A DNA stretch of 64,000 bases from an uncultured Nitrospiraceae bacterium (GTDB lineage Bacteria; Nitrospirota; Nitrospiria; Nitrospirales; Nitrospiraceae): the NCBI GenBank assembly GCA_963846575.1, contig CAWJWJ010000001.1:1056001-1120000 (forward strand), given 5' to 3'. Of this stretch, positions 58,898 through 64,000 are shown one piece after another. Every line of letters begins with the position of its first letter. Within the stretch, counting starts at the first letter, position 1. The notes beneath the pieces were generated by a model that was given only the letters and a program-made list of their open reading frames with translations, was not told the DNA's origin and made no database searches. A program made the translations under genes and the position numbers.

Positions 58898-61821
58898 TCA
58901 GGATCCGCAGCCGGTGGCCGGGTCGGACAGACCTCGCGCATGTGAAAGACCCAGCTGAGGAGTCAGGTGTCCTGTCCACGTCTGACCCGGTTCTGTATGC
59001 CGGAGAGACGAGCCGATGCTCGGGTGAAGCTCGCCGGCCGGGTTTTCGCCAGCTATAAGCGCCAGGGGGCTCATCTGCCACCCGCCGGGTTCGGTCGGGA
59101 GCATGTCGCGCCCGGCCACCACCAGGCTGCTGAGTTGGCCGTTCGCCTGCGCCGCACAACGTTGGGTGAGAAGTTGCTGGACCGACAACGGGCGTTGCGA
59201 CAGCGCCGCCAAGGTGCCGCTCAGGTTGGAAATCGGCGATTGAATGTTGACGGCGCCGCTCAGGCCATACTGCGATGAGGCACTGACGACACTGGTCTGG
59301 TCGGCGAGAAATGTCCCCGCCACGATGTTGATGTTGCCGCCCTGGCCCTGCACGGCCTGAGCGAGCACTTGACTGTTCTGAAGCGTGACGACGGCAGGGT
59401 CGATGAGGATGTTGCCGCCCGCTGTGTTAGGGCCACCCTGAACCGACGTGCTGAGTTCGCTGTTGACCAGTCTGATGGAATCCGTTGCTTGAATGGTAAT
59501 GTTGCCGCCGCTGGCATGGGTGGCCTGGGTCGTGATAGAGCCATTGTTGCTGAGAAACTGAGCGCCTGCATTGATGGAAATGTTGCCGGCGTTGGCCGGG
59601 CCGGTGCTGTTAGCGACCATGGACCCTCCGGCACTCAGGCTGACCGCCTGATTCGCCAGGACCGAGATTTGCCCGCCCGTGGCAGTGGGTTCAGGTCCCG
59701 ACGTTGAGGCGGAAAGAGTGCCGCCATTCTGAATGGTGACGGTTTGCGCTGAAAGATTCAGACTGCCGCCTGCTCCGGCTCCTTGCGTATCGGTGAAGAT
59801 CCCGCTGCCGCCTCCATCGATGACAATCGATTGCGAAGGCCCAGTAGGGCTTTGGACCGTGATCGTGCCGCCCGCACCGGTTGGGATTTCTCTCGGCCGG
59901 TTCGGAGACGCAAATGGATTCGGGGTACTTCCGCTTCGTAGCTGGCCACCCGTAGTGAGTTGCAGGTTATCCGTGAAGAGAGTGAGCCTTCCTCCCTGGC
60001 CGGACCGGTGAGTCTCGCTGGTGAGGAAGCTGCCCTCCGTAATGAAAACTTGAGGAGCGGTGACGGTGAGATCCGCTGCCCTGGACGATCGCCAGGCGGT
60101 AGTCGAAATGAGCGAATTGCCTTCGACAGTTAAACGTTCGGAAAGTGTGATCGTGATGCTGTCTGGTATCTGCGCAGTCAGGTTGCTGCCCTCGATCAGG
60201 GAGCCTTCCCGAAGGATCAGGTTTTTTGCAGTGATCTCTATCTTTCCGAACGATCCAGTCGTGGTCTCCGCCACGTTGAAGACAGTTCCGCCTTGGCCCA
60301 GCAGAATGTCGCCGTTTGGCGCGTTCAAGCTGATGTTTCCAGTGTTGCCGGTACCAGAACTTCTATTTGGAGTACTTGATTCAGCCAAGCGGTTGGCTTG
60401 TGAGGTTATAATGGGGGCGCTCAGCAGCATATCGCCCTGGGTACTGCGTCAGTTCGATATGGCCCGGCATTTCCCGCCGCACCCTCGGAGCTGGTCGCGA
60501 TTCGTCCGAAATTTTCTGTTTCGAGGTTTTTGACCGTTGTCACCTTGATATTGCCGCCGTCGCCCGTACTGATGGTCCCGGTTTCGAGGTGGGAGTGGTC
60601 TTTCATGAGCATGGAATCGACTTCCAACGTGATATTCCCGCTCTTGCCCCCTTCGCTCAGGGGCGCCACGTTGGACCTGATGCCGGTAAACGGTAATGTC
60701 TCAAAGTCAAGAATTCCTGCCAGCTCGATGTGATCGGCTCGTATACGCACGCCGCCCGATCTGACTCCTGGCGATGCCTGTTCGGTCACATTGGTTTCGA
60801 GGACGGCGAGGTTCCGAATCACCACATCCTGGGCCATCTGAATGTCGATGCCTGTCCCGGTTTGAGCCGACTGGCCGGGAGCCGGACCGGTCACGTTGGC
60901 CGAGATCGTCGAGTCATCCACGACAAAACTGCCGCCTCGAATACGAATCGTCCCGCCGTCATACCCGCTGCTGTCGATAACCGATTGTTGCGAAACTTGA
61001 ATTGTGCCGAGCGCTCCGAAGGTCTGTCCGTTTGCATTGGGAGCCTGCTCCAGGGTGCCCGCGAGAATTTCTCCCTGCGAGGCAACACTCGCCAGAGAAA
61101 TCGCGCCGGCGGGCGCCGTGAGCCGGGCTGGCTGCGCCGAGCCATCGGCAAGGGTGCCGGATTCGATGGTGATGTTCCCACCGACCAACGAGATATTTTC
61201 ACCAGGGAGGACCGTGAGTTCTCCTCCCTGGACGGTAATCGCACCGGGGTTCGAGCCCAGGAATCCGAATGCGGCGACGGGCGCACTGGAGATGGAAGCG
61301 TCTTGCGTGCCCGGAAGGGCGTTGAATCGTGCGCCATCTGCAAGCCGAAGATAGTCAGCGGTCGTGAAGCTCACCGATCCACCGACATTCAGTGTCGCGG
61401 TCGGCCCGAACACGATCCCGGCCGGATTCATTAAGAACAGATTGGCGTTGCCGAAACCGGTAGTCTGGATCGTGCCGAAGATATTGGACGGATTCCCGCC
61501 GGTGACACGCCCGAGAATGTTGGAGGTGGGGAGCGCTGTTTCGTTGAGAAAGTTCGCAACGTTGTTCGTGGGGACGCCGAACTCGCCGAAGCTGTGAAAG
61601 AGATTCTGCCCGCTGGCCGGCCTCGTACCGCCGGTGATGTTGTAGGTGTTTCCGGCCTGGATCACAGTGGTGCCCAGGTTGCCGGTACCAGGGGTCGAGG
61701 TGATGGCGGGAGTCACTTGCGCCAGGCTGGCGGACCACTGCGAGGCAACTAGGACGAAGGTGAAACCTAACATCACCCCTGATGGGGGAAAGAGGGACGT
61801 TCGAAACAGCGTACGTATCAT
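58898..61821 (-). pseudogene. TpsA-1: FHA-like exoprotein interrupted near 60446-60462 (two apparent 1-bp insertions)
   Basis: TPS domain in ORF 60421..61947, conserved C-terminal block in ORF 58898..60430; removing two bases gives GNAGHIELTSTQGDMLL, matching the repeat style. Confidence 0.82.
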
Positions 61822-61947
61822 GGAGACGCTCGTTTCTGCTCGTGCCTCGGTGCGACCTGTGCCGAGCCTGAGCGAGCCGATAGACTCTAAACCAGCCCCT
61901 GGAGCCTTCTTCCGCCTATGTACGAGGCGGGAGAAGGCTACATCCAA

Positions 61948-62352
61948 CTAAATGCTCTTGTCCAGGGGCCCAGGACACCAGGTCTTGAGCTTAAATTCTG
62001 CACTGGGCAAGAGCCGTGAGGTGAGGCTGCCGCTTCTTCGGTGTCCTTCTCTCACGCGCGCCACGATTTCGTAGGAGAGGTCGGTCGCCGGGAATGTGAT
62101 GGCGAGCGGTTCAAAACCCGAGTTGAAATCTGACGCGGAGACGATCGCTTTCACATGGGCTTCAAACAGACTGTCTCCCACGCCACGACAGGATGGGCAA
62201 TGGTCCACCGTCCCACGGCAGACGCAAACTCCACCACAGGGTTTGGAACAGGGGCAGCAGGTCGCGGCGCGTGCCGTTTCCGGGGCAAAGGTGGCATGGC
62301 TCCCGAGAAGCAAGATGAACATGAGGCCGGGGACCAGGATACGGGTGACCAT
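61948..62352 (-). CDS. Small secreted cysteine-rich protein (134 aa)
   Basis: AAGGAGGT RBS; signal peptide ending ARA; CCPCSKPCGGVCVC...CPSC. Confidence 0.75.
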   Translation of the reverse strand: MVTRILVPGLMFILLLGSHATFAPETARAATCCPCSKPCGGVCVCRGTVDHCPSCRGVGDSLFEAHVKAIVSASDFNSGFEPLAITFPATDLSYEIVARVREGHRRSGSLTSRLLPSAEFKLKTWCPGPLDKSI

Positions 62353-62399
62353 CGCGAGACCTCCTTGGTATATAGTCATTTCAATGGGTTGGGCCATAA

Positions 62400-62843
62400 T
62401 TAGGGCTTTGGTTTTGGTTGTCTATCTTCATGCGTATCGTTGGGGTCGATTTTCTCTCCTAAGGTGAACTCGCCATCCGGGCACCTTGTGAAGATGTAAG
62501 TATCGCCCTTTGTCGCCGTTCCCGATTTTAAGTGGATGGGAAATTTCTTGTCCCTCTGGGACTCTTCGTATTCCTCCTCCTCCTTGTCCTTCATGTCGTG
62601 CTTGGTCACCGACCACACACTTTTGGGGTATGTGACTTCTAACTGCTTTGGATCGACCACTTTTTTGACCGTAAATTTGTAATGACACTTCACGGCTTCG
62701 GCGCCGCACATCTTATCTGCACGTGCGGCCGCGCAGGCAATTTCCTGTGGCGTTGGACTCTCCTGCGACGCGGCATGGCCCCACGGACAGGCCACTATAA
62801 ACATCGAAATAGCTGCGATTACCACGATTCCCCGCTTGGCCAT
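62400..62843 (-). CDS. Secreted or lipid-anchored hypothetical protein (147 aa)
   Basis: GAGGGAGGT RBS; signal peptide with IVAC possible lipobox; charged mature region with 4 Cys. Confidence 0.78.
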   Translation of the reverse strand: MAKRGIVVIAAISMFIVACPWGHAASQESPTPQEIACAAARADKMCGAEAVKCHYKFTVKKVVDPKQLEVTYPKSVWSVTKHDMKDKEEEEYEESQRDKKFPIHLKSGTATKGDTYIFTRCPDGEFTLGEKIDPNDTHEDRQPKPKP

Positions 62844-62922
62844 GTCGTACCTCCCTCAGCAAATATTTCCTCACGGTCTGCTGTCGCCGCCCAGGCCCGT
62901 CGTTCTGCCGACTTTCCGACTC

Positions 62923-63045
62923 CTACCATTCGTACTGCCGTAGTCGTCCCAGCCAGTTGCAGGAACCACAACTGCATGAAGGTGAGAGCCCGGTCGAAGG
63001 AGGTGGCTTGTTGCGGAAAATCCTAGAGGCCGAGCAGCCATCCAT
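62923..63045 (-). CDS. Possible 40-aa ORF (MDGCSASRIF...CSCGSC...QYEW)
   Basis: AGGGAG RBS 6 nt before the ATG; below the ORF-track threshold; no homology evidence. Confidence 0.25.
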   Translation of the reverse strand: MDGCSASRIFRNKPPPSTGLSPSCSCGSCNWLGRLRQYEW

Positions 63046-63274
63046 GGCTCACTCCCTGCGCGCGTATTCTGAACCGCGCGACGTAGTCGAACTACAACGG
63101 ACAACCGACTGTGTGCTTCAGTTCCTCAATATGGTCCTGAGACGGGAGTATCCGCCGTAGAAAGTTCTCAGGACAATCCTTTACCACACAGAGTCTTTGC
63201 CGACGGGGGCGAGTCGGTTTACTAGACCCAGTTTGCCGGGATTGTTCGCTTCTACGGAATAGATCCGTAATGCT

Positions 63275-63388
63275 CTAAGCATTCGGATCCATCCAGATAC
63301 TGCCGGCCGCTACGAGCAGGAAGACGACGCCGATGAGCAGGAAAATGAGCGCGAGCATGGTGACCTCCTTAATGCGCTGTTCTCCCAT
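63275..63388 (-). CDS. 37-aa (or 27-aa from ATG 63358) single-TM small protein MGEQRIKEVTMLALIFLLIGVVFLLVAAGSIWMDPNA
   Basis: Both in-frame ATGs have strong SD sequences (AGGAGG, AAGGAGGT); directly downstream of a sigma54 promoter. Confidence 0.65.
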   Translation of the reverse strand: MGEQRIKEVTMLALIFLLIGVVFLLVAAGSIWMDPNA

Positions 63389-63429
63389 CGGTGTGCCCTC
63401 CTAGGGAAACATCCTATACCCGCCGAACC

Positions 63430-63445
63430 CGCAAGGGCTGTGCCA
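63430..63445 (-). promoter_or_regulatory. sigma54 -24/-12 promoter (TGGCACAGCCCTTGCG) at the head of the TPS locus
   Basis: TGGCAC-N5-TTGC consensus. Confidence 0.8.
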
Positions 63446-63563
63446 TGAAGGCACGTTCAGTTTGAAAGACGGAGGATGGAAAATACTTGTAGTGATAATA
63501 AGGACATGGGTATTGCCGTTTTCCCTTAGTCGGTAGATGCAAATATACGTACTCCGTCAGGGT

Positions 63564-63601
63564 GTATCCGATTGGATGCAGGGGCGTATCGGATTCGATA
63601 C
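63564..63601. promoter_or_regulatory. Tandem putative enhancer sites (GTATCCGATTGGATGC; GTATCGGATTCGATAC)
   Basis: 22-bp spacing; ~120 and ~142 bp upstream of the -24 GG. Confidence 0.7.
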
Positions 63602-63691
63602 GGTGCTTGCTGTGATCTTTTCAAAATCGCCTGGGTCTTGGAGAAGCGAGATTCGAATAGCGAAGGAAGGAGGGATCACGCCGCGGGACTT

Positions 63692-63728
63692 AATAAAATG
63701 CCGCGCCTCCGTTGGCGGAGACGCGGCA
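63692..63728 (-). terminator. Rho-independent terminator
   Basis: UGCCGCGUCUCCG-CCAA-CGGAGGCGCGGCA 13-bp stem (G-U pair possible only on the minus strand) followed by UUUUAUU. Confidence 0.8.
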
Positions 63729-63899
63729 GATGGCATGGGTAGAAGGCGGCCCGATCAGCGCTGGATGGGCACAATCCAGGAGGCCGTGACCTGCGGTCGG
63801 TCGAGGGCTGGCAACCGGCGGCAGAAGACCGGCTCTACGCCATGCTGGGAACGTTTCCGTAACCAGTGGAGACTCATCCGTTGAAATCCTTGACCATGC
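63692..63899 (-). ncRNA. Candidate sigma54-dependent small RNA or short-ORF transcript (~210 nt)
   Basis: Bounded by a sigma54 promoter and an intrinsic terminator; no convincing long ORF; several ANGGA motifs. Confidence 0.4.
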
Positions 63900-63909
63900 C
63901 GTGAGAACC

Positions 63910-63925
63910 AGCAACTGCCGTGCCG
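63910..63925 (-). promoter_or_regulatory. sigma54 -24/-12 promoter (CGGCACGGCAGTTGCT)
   Basis: Shares GGCACGGCAGTTGCTGGT with the promoter at 42681. Confidence 0.78.
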
Positions 63926-64000
63926 GTTTTGGATATGAAATGGGTCCATTGTGTGATCGTGAGAGCAACAAGCCACTGAACAGCCGCCGGGTGCAGTAGC

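Larger units (their letters stand above)
48598..61640 (-). repeat. Four-fold tandem duplication: near-identical N-terminal TPS DNA blocks (~51060-51400, 54760-55100, 58380-58720, 61340-61640) and C-terminal blocks (~48780-49290, 51750-52260, 55450-55990, 59060-59620)
   Basis: Long shared nucleotide strings, e.g. cccggccggattcattaagaacagattggcgttgccgaaaccggtagtctggatcgtgccgaagatattggacggattcccgccggtgac in two copies. Confidence 0.9.

Noticed and set aside
58375..60470. Phase variation or programmed frameshifting at the tpsA breaks
   Set aside because: No homopolymer, microsatellite or slippery heptamer at the sites; sequencing error or point lesion is more parsimonious
48598..61821. Contact-dependent inhibition (CdiA/CdiI) or polymorphic toxin array
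   Set aside because: No VENN-type motif; C-termini are conserved rather than variable; no immunity genes fit in the 38-bp gaps
63165..63200. Additional sigma54 promoter downstream of the palindrome at 63285
   Set aside because: TGGTAAAGGATTGTC has the wrong -24/-12 spacing and lacks GC
42494..63388. Small hydrophobic peptides as Flp/type IV pilins
   Set aside because: No G/xxxxEY prepilin cleavage motif in either peptide
1..64000. tRNA, rRNA, CRISPR array, IS/transposase, integrase or prophage
   Set aside because: No recognisable motifs, regularly spaced repeats or terminal inverted repeats seen by eye

Overview
GC-rich bacterial chromosomal window; gene content and style suggest a Nitrospira-like organism (inference). 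1-28.8 kb is mostly housekeeping: pmtA-like methyltransferase, ABC-2 exporter, truD, gpsA, pdxA, rsmA, ftsK, lolA. It also holds a split ArgZ/AgrE-type pair (ornithine cyclodeaminase-like plus arginine dihydrolase-like) next to the nickel-pincer cofactor genes larB and larC, and several apparently leaderless sigma70 promoters. 28.8-64 kb is a ~35 kb, entirely minus-strand accessory locus. In transcription order it carries small secreted Cys-rich proteins, four tandem two-partner-secretion (TpsA/FHA-like) genes with shared N- and C-terminal blocks and variable middles (two are frameshifted in this sequence), a TpsB transporter, an exported TPR-CHAT (caspase-like) protease with an intact His/Cys dyad and two DUF928-like proteins. 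A signalling block follows: TonB-dependent receptor, REC+8xPAS protein with no output domain, orphan substrate-binding protein, HAMP-GAF kinase, hybrid kinase and single-domain response regulator. Reading the intergenic DNA shows a repeated regulatory grammar across this locus: sigma54 -24/-12 promoters with tandem GTATC-N6-GATAC palindromes ~120/~142 bp upstream. Two of them directly precede tiny single-TM peptides, and another precedes a candidate ~210-nt sRNA. The best novel-system candidate is a sigma54-controlled TpsA array with a C-terminal cysteine pair that may be processed or released by the exported CHAT protease with DUF928 partners. No rRNA, tRNA, CRISPR array or mobile element was recognised.
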